From an uncultured Gammaproteobacteria bacterium (GTDB lineage Bacteria; Patescibacteriota; Patescibacteriia; Patescibacteriales; UBA12465): DNA of 64,000 nt. Positions 56,425 through 64,000 of the stretch are shown here, piece by piece. Every line of letters begins with the position of its first letter. Within the stretch, counting starts at the first letter, position 1. The notes beneath the pieces are model-generated. The model was not told the DNA's origin. It searched no databases and saw only the letters and a program-made list of their open reading frames with translations. The stretch spans positions 7,052 through 71,051 of the forward strand of contig CAYHCB010000003.1 in the NCBI GenBank assembly GCA_964355275.1, read 5' to 3'. Position numbers and translations under genes: made by a program.

Positions 56425-57213
56425 CTATTTATCTTCCACGACAACTTTAGCCGCTCTAAATAAACGACCATTCAATTTATAACCAGACATTATTTCACGA
56501 ACAACTAAATTACCGCTACCCTCTAAAGCCTCCATAGTATCATGATTAAATTTTTCTCCAACGGTCTCAATCTCTTCCACTCCACGAGTCTCAATCACAT
56601 CTTTGAATTGTTTTAAAACATATTTTACTCCCTGAACCCAAGCACTGCCCTCTTCTTCTGCGGGTAAATTTTGCAAAGACATTTTTAGGTGATCGTACAC
56701 TGGGATAATATCTTGTAGTAGATCACCAATGGCATATTTAACAAAATCTTTTTTTTCTTGAGCGGTGGTCTTAAGTAAATTTTGATAATCAGCTAAAGCT
56801 CTTTTATATTTATCTTCAAAAGCATTAGTTACAGCAACTTCTTCAATTTTTGAAATGGCTTTTTTAACAAAGGGGCACAAATCTGGCTGATTTTTAGCTT
56901 CTGATAATTTTACCCAAGAGAATTCTTCATATTTATTACCAAGCTTTATTTCTCCGGAAAAATTTCTTACTAAATATCTAATCATTAAAATATTATCAAC
57001 AAAACCGGTATCGAATAAACTGATATCGCCGCCCTTTATCCCTAATTCTTTTTCAGTTTTATTTTCTAAAACTTTTTTAGGATTTTCTCCTAATTTAATT
57101 AATCCCGAAAGTGCCAACCAGGTGTCACTTCCTTTTTCCTTTAGTAATAAAATTTCATTTTGTTCATTTAGGAAAAAGCCATTGATGGCAGAAATTATTG
57201 TTTTATCTTCCAT
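56425..57213 (-). CDS. grpE: GrpE nucleotide-exchange factor with N-terminal degenerate Nudix-like domain
   Basis: 262 aa. The C-terminal ~135 aa are GrpE (YKRALADYQNLLKTTAQEKKDF...DIIPVYDHL...FNHDTMEAL...GYKLNGRLFRAAKVVV). The N-terminal ~120 aa show a Nudix-fold pattern with a decayed box, SGLIKLGENPKKVLENKTEKELGI. Confidence 0.85.
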   Translation of the reverse strand: MEDKTIISAINGFFLNEQNEILLLKEKGSDTWLALSGLIKLGENPKKVLENKTEKELGIKGGDISLFDTGFVDNILMIRYLVRNFSGEIKLGNKYEEFSWVKLSEAKNQPDLCPFVKKAISKIEEVAVTNAFEDKYKRALADYQNLLKTTAQEKKDFVKYAIGDLLQDIIPVYDHLKMSLQNLPAEEEGSAWVQGVKYVLKQFKDVIETRGVEEIETVGEKFNHDTMEALEGSGNLVVREIMSGYKLNGRLFRAAKVVVEDK

Positions 57214-57215
57214 AT

Positions 57216-57920
57216 TTATTTAAATTTATTTTTTATATAGTTAACTAAAGCCAAGTTATGAGCATAGTCCATTCTAGTGGGACCTATTAAACCAAAAACG
57301 CCAGTTTTATTTTCTTTTGAATACTTAACTAAAACCGTACTTAAAAAATTACCGAAAGGATTTTTTGAACCAATCATTACTTGTTCGTCGTATTCTAAAT
57401 CTTCAAATAAATCATCAATAATATCTTCCATATGATCAATAACGACCGAAACATCGTAAACTATTTCTGACTGTTTAAATTCTGGTTGAGCAAATAAATT
57501 AGATAAACCGGTATAATACAAATCATTCTTATGAAAAGCCCAAAATACCGCACAATTAGCTAGCTCAGCAATCGCTTTCGCCGTCGCCTTAGCACCAGTC
57601 TCTTCATGAGAAAATAAATTATTAAGTAAATTTACTTCTGCTTCTTTAAGACTTCTTCTGTCTTTACTATTATTAATTTCTATCAGTTCCAGCTCGTAAG
57701 CTAGCTCTGTGGGAACCCTACCGGCTGAAGTGTGTGGCTGGACGATATAGCCCTCATCTTCTAACTCCACCATATCATTACGAATAGTAGCTGGTGATAC
57801 CCCCAATTTACATTTTTCCACCAACATCCCAGAAGACACTGGTTGAGCATTTTTTAAATACTCTTTAATAATGGTGCGTAAAATTATTTTTTTTCGTTCA
57901 CTTATCATATAATTACTCAT
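57216..57920 (-). CDS. hrcA: Heat-inducible transcription repressor HrcA (short form)
   Basis: N-terminal winged helix (SERKKIILRTIIKEYLKNAQPVSSGMLV...VSPATIRNDMVELEDEGYIVQPHTSAGRVPT) and C-terminal GLIGPTRMDYAHNL. At about 234 aa it is shorter than the ~340 aa typical of HrcA. The start is ambiguous (57929, 57920 or 57908); the promoter position favours 57920 or later. Confidence 0.88.
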   Translation of the reverse strand: MSNYMISERKKIILRTIIKEYLKNAQPVSSGMLVEKCKLGVSPATIRNDMVELEDEGYIVQPHTSAGRVPTELAYELELIEINNSKDRRSLKEAEVNLLNNLFSHEETGAKATAKAIAELANCAVFWAFHKNDLYYTGLSNLFAQPEFKQSEIVYDVSVVIDHMEDIIDDLFEDLEYDEQVMIGSKNPFGNFLSTVLVKYSKENKTGVFGLIGPTRMDYAHNLALVNYIKNKFK

Positions 57921-57928
57921 CTTTAGCA

Positions 57929-57957
57929 AGTATATAAAAAATTAGCACTCGTGTCAA
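57929..57957 (-). promoter_or_regulatory. hrcA operon promoter (TTGACA-N17-TATACT) interleaved with CIRCE
   Basis: On the minus strand, TTGACA (57957..57952) lies inside the CIRCE spacer and TATACT sits at 57934..57929. Confidence 0.5.
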
Positions 57958-57968
57958 TAGAGTGCTAA
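57942..57968 (-). promoter_or_regulatory. CIRCE operator, perfect consensus
   Basis: TTAGCACTC-gtgtcaata-GAGTGCTAA is an exact match to TTAGCACTC-N9-GAGTGCTAA. It lies directly upstream of hrcA. Confidence 0.92.
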
Positions 57969-57986
57969 TTAAGCTAATAACTAATT

Positions 57987-60164
57987 TTAATCTAAATAAA
58001 CTTCTGTAGAGGTTGAAGCGGGTGGTAAAGGAGAGGGTTTAGCTGATTCATCCCGACCGCCAAAGTACCACTGCATAATTTCACGAGCAATCGGTACTGC
58101 TACGGTACTACCTTCTTTGCCTTCTTCGATCATTATAGTAATTACTATTTGCGGATTATCATAAGGAGCAAAGCCAGTAAACCAAGCGTGAGGATCTTTT
58201 TTAGTTGACCACTGAGCGGTTCCCGTTTTACCAGCCATAGTTACAGGAAGTGTTTGGAGGCTGCGTGCCGAACCAGACAGCACTGTCTGACGCATACCCT
58301 CGCGAACAATCTTATTATTATCTTCACTAATAAAATTTTCCCTCACTACTTTTTCTCCTATTTCTCGAACCACGTTATTACTGGAATCCAGAATTCCATT
58401 AACTAGATGGGGCTCTAATAAACGACCACCATTAGCAACGGCAGCGGTAAAATTAGCAACTTGTATAGGGGTAACTAAAACATCGCCCTGTCCAATAGCA
58501 AAATGATAAGTATCACCGATATACCAACTTTCGCCCTTAGTAGTTTCTTTCCATTCAGCTGTCGGCACAAAACCAGTAGCCTCGCTAGGTAAATCAATAC
58601 CACTTTTAATCCCCAAACCAAAGAGTTTAGAATATTTAACTAAACGATCCAAACCTAAGCCAACAAAATCTTGATAACCGCCGCCGATATAATAAAAAAA
58701 AGTGTTAACCGAGTCAGACAAAGCTTTTCTCACATTTGTTGTGCCATGGCCTCCGGCTTTCCAATCAGGAAAAAACCATTGTCCTAAACGTAAGCCGCCA
58801 GTTGATAAAAAACTAGTAGTTTCGTTTATCACTTTTTCCTGTAAAGCTGCCGAGGCTACTACTAATTTAAAAGTTGAACCACTAGGAAATTCTCCAGAGA
58901 TAGCCCTATTAAATAAAGGTTGATTTTCATCTTTTAAATACTTAAGATAATCATCTTGACTTATGCCTTTAGCAAAATAATTATTATCATACGATGGTAT
59001 AGAAAGAAGAGTTAAAACTTCACCATTTTGTGGATTCATAATAACAACTGAAGCCCGACCTAAATTTAATTTTTTTAAATAAAAATCTACTACTGACTCT
59101 GTTTTGCGTTGCAATTCAGAATCTATAGCTAAACGCAGATTAGAACCATCTTGAGATTTAACTTCACTTACTATCTTTTTTTGACGACCCAAAGCGTCAA
59201 CTTCAATATTTCTGCGACCATTTTGTCCTTTAAGCTCCTTCTCCCAAAAATATTCCAAACCACTTTTCCCAATATAATCTATTAAAGAATAATCATTAAC
59301 CATTTTACTAAGTTCTAATTCACTAATTTTTCCGGTGTAACCAAGTAAGTGCGAAAGGCTTAAAGCCTTAGCGCCAGTTTTATCATCTATAACAGGAAAG
59401 ATGTATTCTCGACGAATTTTATTGGAAAGAAAAACACCTGGTAAACTATTTAACTCTAAAGATAAAATCATAGCCTGGTCATAGGCAATATTATCAACCA
59501 CAAATAATGGCTGATAAGCCTCCAATGAGCCAATACTAACCTTATCTAATAAATTTTTAATCTTGAAATATGAAGGAGTGTCAGAAATTAAAGATAAACT
59601 TCCTAAATTTTCTGTTACTGATGTAGTTGTTGTATTATTTACTTGTAAGGTTTGGTCATCTAAAATATTGGCGACTTTTCTAATTAAATTATCTTGATCT
59701 AATTCATTTTTTGGTAAATCAATCGGTCTAAGATATAAAACAAAATTAGCCGTATTACGAACTAAAGGCTTTAAATTGCGATCATAAATAATTCCTCGTC
59801 TGGGTTCTAACACTTCTATTCTTAAACGATTTCCTTCGGCTAAGGAATAATAGTAATCCCCTTTTATAAGCTGCAGCCACACTGCTCGAGAAATAAGGGT
59901 GACAAGAAGTAATACTAAAAAAACTTTAATGTAAAAAACTTTAATAAAGTTAAAAGTGTGGCCCACGACCTCCTTGCGAGTATTATCAGACAAAAAAACA
60001 TGCTCGGTCCAGTCAGAATAATAAGAAGAATCTTTTAACTGACCATAGCTAAATTTACCCTCACGAACAATAAAAGGGTCGGATTGTTCATTTTCCAGAC
60101 CAGACAAAAAACGACCAGATTTTTGGCCTCTTAATCTATTAATATTTTTAGGAATTATACTCAT
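57987..60164 (-). CDS. Class B penicillin-binding protein (PBP2/FtsI-type transpeptidase)
   Basis: 725 aa. N-terminal TM anchor, a PBP dimerisation domain, and transpeptidase motifs SGSTFK (SxxK), SDSVN (SxN) and AGKTGTA (KTG). Confidence 0.9.
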   Translation of the reverse strand: MSIIPKNINRLRGQKSGRFLSGLENEQSDPFIVREGKFSYGQLKDSSYYSDWTEHVFLSDNTRKEVVGHTFNFIKVFYIKVFLVLLLVTLISRAVWLQLIKGDYYYSLAEGNRLRIEVLEPRRGIIYDRNLKPLVRNTANFVLYLRPIDLPKNELDQDNLIRKVANILDDQTLQVNNTTTTSVTENLGSLSLISDTPSYFKIKNLLDKVSIGSLEAYQPLFVVDNIAYDQAMILSLELNSLPGVFLSNKIRREYIFPVIDDKTGAKALSLSHLLGYTGKISELELSKMVNDYSLIDYIGKSGLEYFWEKELKGQNGRRNIEVDALGRQKKIVSEVKSQDGSNLRLAIDSELQRKTESVVDFYLKKLNLGRASVVIMNPQNGEVLTLLSIPSYDNNYFAKGISQDDYLKYLKDENQPLFNRAISGEFPSGSTFKLVVASAALQEKVINETTSFLSTGGLRLGQWFFPDWKAGGHGTTNVRKALSDSVNTFFYYIGGGYQDFVGLGLDRLVKYSKLFGLGIKSGIDLPSEATGFVPTAEWKETTKGESWYIGDTYHFAIGQGDVLVTPIQVANFTAAVANGGRLLEPHLVNGILDSSNNVVREIGEKVVRENFISEDNNKIVREGMRQTVLSGSARSLQTLPVTMAGKTGTAQWSTKKDPHAWFTGFAPYDNPQIVITIMIEEGKEGSTVAVPIAREIMQWYFGGRDESAKPSPLPPASTSTEVYLD

Positions 60165-60327
60165 AATCAGATTACTATTATATATAATACCCTTTAAAAA
60201 TCATAAAATCAAACCTATTTTAGTAAAATGTAGAGAAAAAAATCATAAATACTTTATAATAACTTCAGCTCCCTTCTGTTATAATTTAAATTAATATAAT
60301 AATAAAAGATAGCCCACTAAAAAAATT

Positions 60328-60990
60328 ATGAGGTTACTTATAATTGAAGATGATTTAACGATTGCTGAGTTATTACTTAAATTCTTTAAAAGCAATCATT
60401 ATATAGTTGACTTGGCTAGTGATGGCGAGTTAGGTTTAAATTTAGCTAGTTTTACTAATTATGATTTAATCGTGATGGATTATCTCTTGCCTAAAATAAA
60501 TGGTCAAGAAATTATTAATGATTTAAGGGAAAATGGAAACACTACACCAATCTTAGTAATTTCTAATTGTTTAAATATAAAAAATAAAATAAACTTTTTA
60601 GAAAGTGGCGCTGATGATTATTTAACTAAACCATTTTCTTTTACTGAACTTAATGCTCGAGTGACCGCCATACTACGGCGCTACCGTAAATTAGACGATA
60701 AAACTCTATCATTTGCTGACTTAAAACTTAATTTATCAAGCCATGAAGCAACTAGGGCAGGAAAAAATATTTATCTAACAACAAAGGAGTTTTTTATCCT
60801 ACGTCTACTTATGGAGCGACCCGATATTATCTGCTCTAAACAAAGTATTACCGAAAAAGTCTGGGATGACGCTAGTTGCCACCTCTCTAATACGATTGAA
60901 GCCCATATTTTACATCTTAGGCATAAAATTGATTTTAAAAAACCATTTATCATTAAAACTGTTCCTGGTAGAGGTTATAAAATAAGTTAA
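60328..60990 (+). CDS. OmpR-family response regulator
   Basis: 220 aa. The receiver has IIEDD, the phospho-acceptor in LIVMDYLLP, and TKPF. The winged-helix output has LTTKEFFILRLL...VPGRGYKI. No histidine kinase adjacent. Confidence 0.9.
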   Translation: MRLLIIEDDLTIAELLLKFFKSNHYIVDLASDGELGLNLASFTNYDLIVMDYLLPKINGQEIINDLRENGNTTPILVISNCLNIKNKINFLESGADDYLTKPFSFTELNARVTAILRRYRKLDDKTLSFADLKLNLSSHEATRAGKNIYLTTKEFFILRLLMERPDIICSKQSITEKVWDDASCHLSNTIEAHILHLRHKIDFKKPFIIKTVPGRGYKIS

Positions 60991-60998
60991 AAAATAAT

Positions 60999-61943
60999 TT
61001 AGCGACAAACAAGTCCTTTCTTTAAAATTTTCAAATTACCCTCCATTAAACTTATAAAAGTAAGACCGCCCGCTATATCGTATTTTCCAACATTATGAGC
61101 AGCATTAAGAGGCATTAGCTGCGCCCCACTTGCTTGTCGTAAAATTTCTGACACATAAGGCATTAACATTTCCTCATAGTAAACATAGGGTTGCCCACTA
61201 CTTTTTAATTCTTTACCAAGAGCAACTATTTTTTCCGAATTTGGTTTTAAATCTGGCGTAAAACCGCCGGCCGCTTGATATTTTAAGTTATAACGATTAG
61301 CTAAATAAGCAAAAGTAAAATGACCACCCGAAATAAATTCACGAAACTGACAATCCTTTAAACCAGAGGCAAACTGTGAATCTAATTCTTCTAATTTTTT
61401 TTTATAAGTATCAGCATTATTTTTATAATAACTATAATTTTGTGGATCAACTTTTTGATAAACTGTTAAAACGGTATCTACCATTTGACTGGCTTTAGTA
61501 AAATCTAACCAAACATGTGGATCTAAATTGTCAGTATTTAAACCATCAGCAATTGGCGCCACTTGAGTTTTGGCAGACACCTCATTTTTTAAATCAGCTG
61601 CCCAGGGCTCCATGATCGCTGAAGTATAAAAAAATAAAGCTGATTTTTGGATACTGAGTAAATTATTAGGGTCTAAAGTAAAAGAATGCGCTTCAATACC
61701 TGGGGGCAGAATTAAAGAAGCGCTAACTTTATCGCCACCCACTATTTTAGCAAAGTCATAAACAGGAAAAAGACTAGCGGTAACAATTAAGCGTCCCGAT
61801 TCATCAAAAAAAGGCGATGAATCAACTATAGCCTCAGGCTTACGATCATTTAAAAACAAAAGAAAAAATATAGCAATTAAAATAATTACAATTAATCCAA
61901 AAAAAATGATAGTTTTGGTTTTTTTATTATTTTTTAAATTCAT
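60999..61943 (-). CDS. ZnuA/TroA-family metal (Zn/Mn) ABC-transporter substrate-binding protein
   Basis: 314 aa. N-terminal TM/signal anchor, then metal-ligand motifs GIEAHSF and DPHVWLD. No cognate permease or ATPase genes adjacent. Confidence 0.75.
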   Translation of the reverse strand: MNLKNNKKTKTIIFFGLIVIILIAIFFLLFLNDRKPEAIVDSSPFFDESGRLIVTASLFPVYDFAKIVGGDKVSASLILPPGIEAHSFTLDPNNLLSIQKSALFFYTSAIMEPWAADLKNEVSAKTQVAPIADGLNTDNLDPHVWLDFTKASQMVDTVLTVYQKVDPQNYSYYKNNADTYKKKLEELDSQFASGLKDCQFREFISGGHFTFAYLANRYNLKYQAAGGFTPDLKPNSEKIVALGKELKSSGQPYVYYEEMLMPYVSEILRQASGAQLMPLNAAHNVGKYDIAGGLTFISLMEGNLKILKKGLVCR

Positions 61944-61949
61944 ATATTT

Positions 61950-63029
61950 TTAATTAATAGTTATAACAATAATTTCTGCTTGATTAAAAGTGCGAACTGG
62001 TGGCCCCCATGATCCAAGCCCGGAACTCGTATAAATATTATAATTACCTTCAGTGTATAAGCCATATTGATATTTACCGTAAAGCACCCGCGTCATTAAA
62101 GAAACAGGAAACATTTGCCCCCGATGACTATGCCCAGATAATTGCAAGTTAACCTTTAATTCTTTGGCCAACAAAATATCATTAGGGGTGTGATTAAGAA
62201 GTAAACGTGGCAAAGTAGAATTTAAATCTAAATTCTTAATAGTTCTAGAATAATCATCACCTGAAAATTTACTAAAATCAAAACCAATTATTTCTAAACC
62301 ATCGAGATTTATTGCCTCATCCCTTAATATAGTAATATTTGCTTCTTTTAAAATTAATTCTACTTTATCTAAACCTAAATAAGTATCATGATTTCCCGGT
62401 ACAAAAATAACCCCATTTTCAGCCTTTAAGGTATCAAGTTCTTCGCCAACGCCCACTAAATTACTCATCGAACCATCAAATAAATCACCAGTGATAACAA
62501 TTAAATCAGGATTTAAATCGTTAATTTTTATAATCTGTTTTTTTAAGAATTCCCTGCCATAAATATTACCTAAGTGAAGATCGGAAATTTGAACAATTTT
62601 TTTACAACGCCAATTATCTGGCAAATTAGACATTGTTACAGAAATATTTTTTACATGAGACACGTTAGCTTGAACAATCCCAATAAAAAATAAAGCTAGG
62701 GCCGCCGCTACACCGATTCTGGCGAGTAAAACTAAGGAAATCTTAAATTTAGCCAGTTTAATAATTTGAAAAAAGATGGCCGCCGCTGTTAAATAAAAAA
62801 GTAAACCAAGACCTAGCGCTAATATATTATATATAATTCGTATAAATAAATTATCAAACAAACGAACTAAAAACATGGAAATTATAAACCCCAAACTAAA
62901 AATTATTAAAGTTACTAGTATGAACGAACGACCATTTTTTTTAGCATTAAATGAAATAGATAAGAGTAAAAACGCCGTATAAACGGCGATTATTAGTAAT
63001 GTTAAAAAAATAAAAATAAAACCTGACAT
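61950..63029 (-). CDS. Membrane-anchored calcineurin-like metallophosphoesterase
   Basis: 359 aa. About four N-terminal TM helices, then ISDLHLG, ITGDLFD, GNHD and SGHSHRG motifs. Confidence 0.8.
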   Translation of the reverse strand: MSGFIFIFLTLLIIAVYTAFLLLSISFNAKKNGRSFILVTLIIFSLGFIISMFLVRLFDNLFIRIIYNILALGLGLLFYLTAAAIFFQIIKLAKFKISLVLLARIGVAAALALFFIGIVQANVSHVKNISVTMSNLPDNWRCKKIVQISDLHLGNIYGREFLKKQIIKINDLNPDLIVITGDLFDGSMSNLVGVGEELDTLKAENGVIFVPGNHDTYLGLDKVELILKEANITILRDEAINLDGLEIIGFDFSKFSGDDYSRTIKNLDLNSTLPRLLLNHTPNDILLAKELKVNLQLSGHSHRGQMFPVSLMTRVLYGKYQYGLYTEGNYNIYTSSGLGSWGPPVRTFNQAEIIVITIN

Positions 63030-63186
63030 AATTTTTTTAATTTAAGATATTATTATTATAGCAAAATGATAATAATAATCATACTTTAGGTTGCGCTACA
63101 AAATGGATAAATTGCTTTATTTTTAGTCAATATTGAAGTATGCTTATTTTAATAAATATAATAACGACCAACTTTAGCGTAAAATT

Positions 63187-63852
63187 ATGAATATACTTAT
63201 AATTGAAGATGAGAAGGAAACTCTTTCTTTTTTAAAAGTAAATTTAAGCAATTGCGGTTTTATAGTTGATGGAGTTAGTACCGGACAAAAAGGATTAAAT
63301 TTAATCAATAAAAATTCCTATGACATAATTATCTTAGATTTAATTTTGCCCGATTTAAACGGTAAAAAAATTTGCGAAACCTTAAGACAAGAAAATAAAA
63401 CAATGCCTATTTTAGTTTTAAGCGCTAACGAAAAAACAGAAAGTAAAATAAGCCTACTTAACTCTGGTATCGATGATTATATGGAAAAACCTTTTTATTT
63501 GGATGAGCTGGTAGCCAGAATCAAAGCTTTATCACGCCGACCGCTAGAAATAAGTAATAATTTTTTAAAAATTAAAGATATTGAACTGGACAGACGGAGA
63601 CAAATAATAAAACGCGCTAAAAAAGAAGTATACCTGACAAAAAAAGAGTTTTTACTTTTAGAATATATGATGAGCCATTTAAATATTGTTATTTCGCGAG
63701 ACGAAATGATGGAACACGTTTGGGACATGAAAGCTAACCTTTTTTCTAAAACAATAGAAACTCATATTTTACATTTACGAAAAAAATTAGATTCAGGTCG
63801 CAGTAAGCCCCTAATAAAAACTATTTCCGGACGGGGTTATAAATTTGGTTAA
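63187..63852 (+). CDS. OmpR-family response regulator
   Basis: 221 aa. The receiver has IIEDE, IIILDLILPD and EKPF. The winged helix has LTKKEFLLLEYM...ISGRGYKF. It is transcribed divergently from the metallophosphoesterase operon. No kinase within the window. Confidence 0.9.
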   Translation: MNILIIEDEKETLSFLKVNLSNCGFIVDGVSTGQKGLNLINKNSYDIIILDLILPDLNGKKICETLRQENKTMPILVLSANEKTESKISLLNSGIDDYMEKPFYLDELVARIKALSRRPLEISNNFLKIKDIELDRRRQIIKRAKKEVYLTKKEFLLLEYMMSHLNIVISRDEMMEHVWDMKANLFSKTIETHILHLRKKLDSGRSKPLIKTISGRGYKFG

Positions 63853-64000
63853 AAAATCAATATTTTAATTAAATAATATAAAAAATAATATCAAACTTAA
63901 AACAAATTTGAAAAGTAAAAAAATTTTATTTAAACTAAAAATTAAAAAAAATAAAAAAGAATACAAAATAAACCAAGTAAGCGAAATTGATCAAATACAC

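Noticed and set aside
63935-64000. Open minus-strand frame at the right edge (…VYLINFAYLVYFVFFFIFFNF, stop near 63935)
   Set aside because: Only 21 codons are visible. AT-rich sequence easily yields such Phe/Ile/Asn-rich frames, so it cannot be told apart from non-coding DNA without sequence beyond the window.

Overview
Gene-dense, AT-rich bacterial window with tight, often overlapping operons, few Shine-Dalgarno sequences and standard stop codons. I infer a small-genome Patescibacteria/CPR-like organism. Content is mostly housekeeping. (i) 1-6.8 kb, minus strand: an envelope/proteostasis operon. (ii) 6.9-9.5 kb: clpB behind a CIRCE operator. (iii) def, fmt, three tRNAs, dnaB, ybaB, recR, rplU, murA. 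(iv) A DUF167/3xGT2/galU glycosylation operon. (v) A complete thymidylate module: dCMP deaminase, thyA, DHFR-like, P-loop kinase, tmk-dut fusion. (vi) gatB, miaA, miaB. (vii) Envelope genes: GT-C-like membrane proteins, a large exported protein, mltG, uppP. (viii) A nine-gene F1Fo ATP synthase operon. (ix) A CIRCE-controlled hrcA-grpE-hsp20-dnaK-dnaJ operon. (x) PBP2, two orphan OmpR-type regulators, a ZnuA-like binding protein and a metallophosphoesterase. I found no CRISPR array, transposase, integrase, reverse transcriptase or recognisable defence cassette. The main theme is a remodelled proteostasis set: a full-length ClpB with a ClpC/ClpA-type IGF loop, a membrane-anchored Hsp100 paralog with a degenerate first ATPase domain, and a GrpE fused to a degenerate Nudix-like domain. 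Other items are an internally duplicated ATP synthase delta subunit, a beta-carbonic-anhydrase-like gene ending the atp operon, a promoter/terminator-bounded Cys-rich 57-codon sORF missing from the ORF track, a MraY-like/QueH fusion, and a 1.8-kb tRNA-adjacent segment bounded by near-identical 45-nt repeats. Family assignments come from remembered motifs, not searches. Small-motif coordinates were hand-counted and may be off by 1-2 nt.
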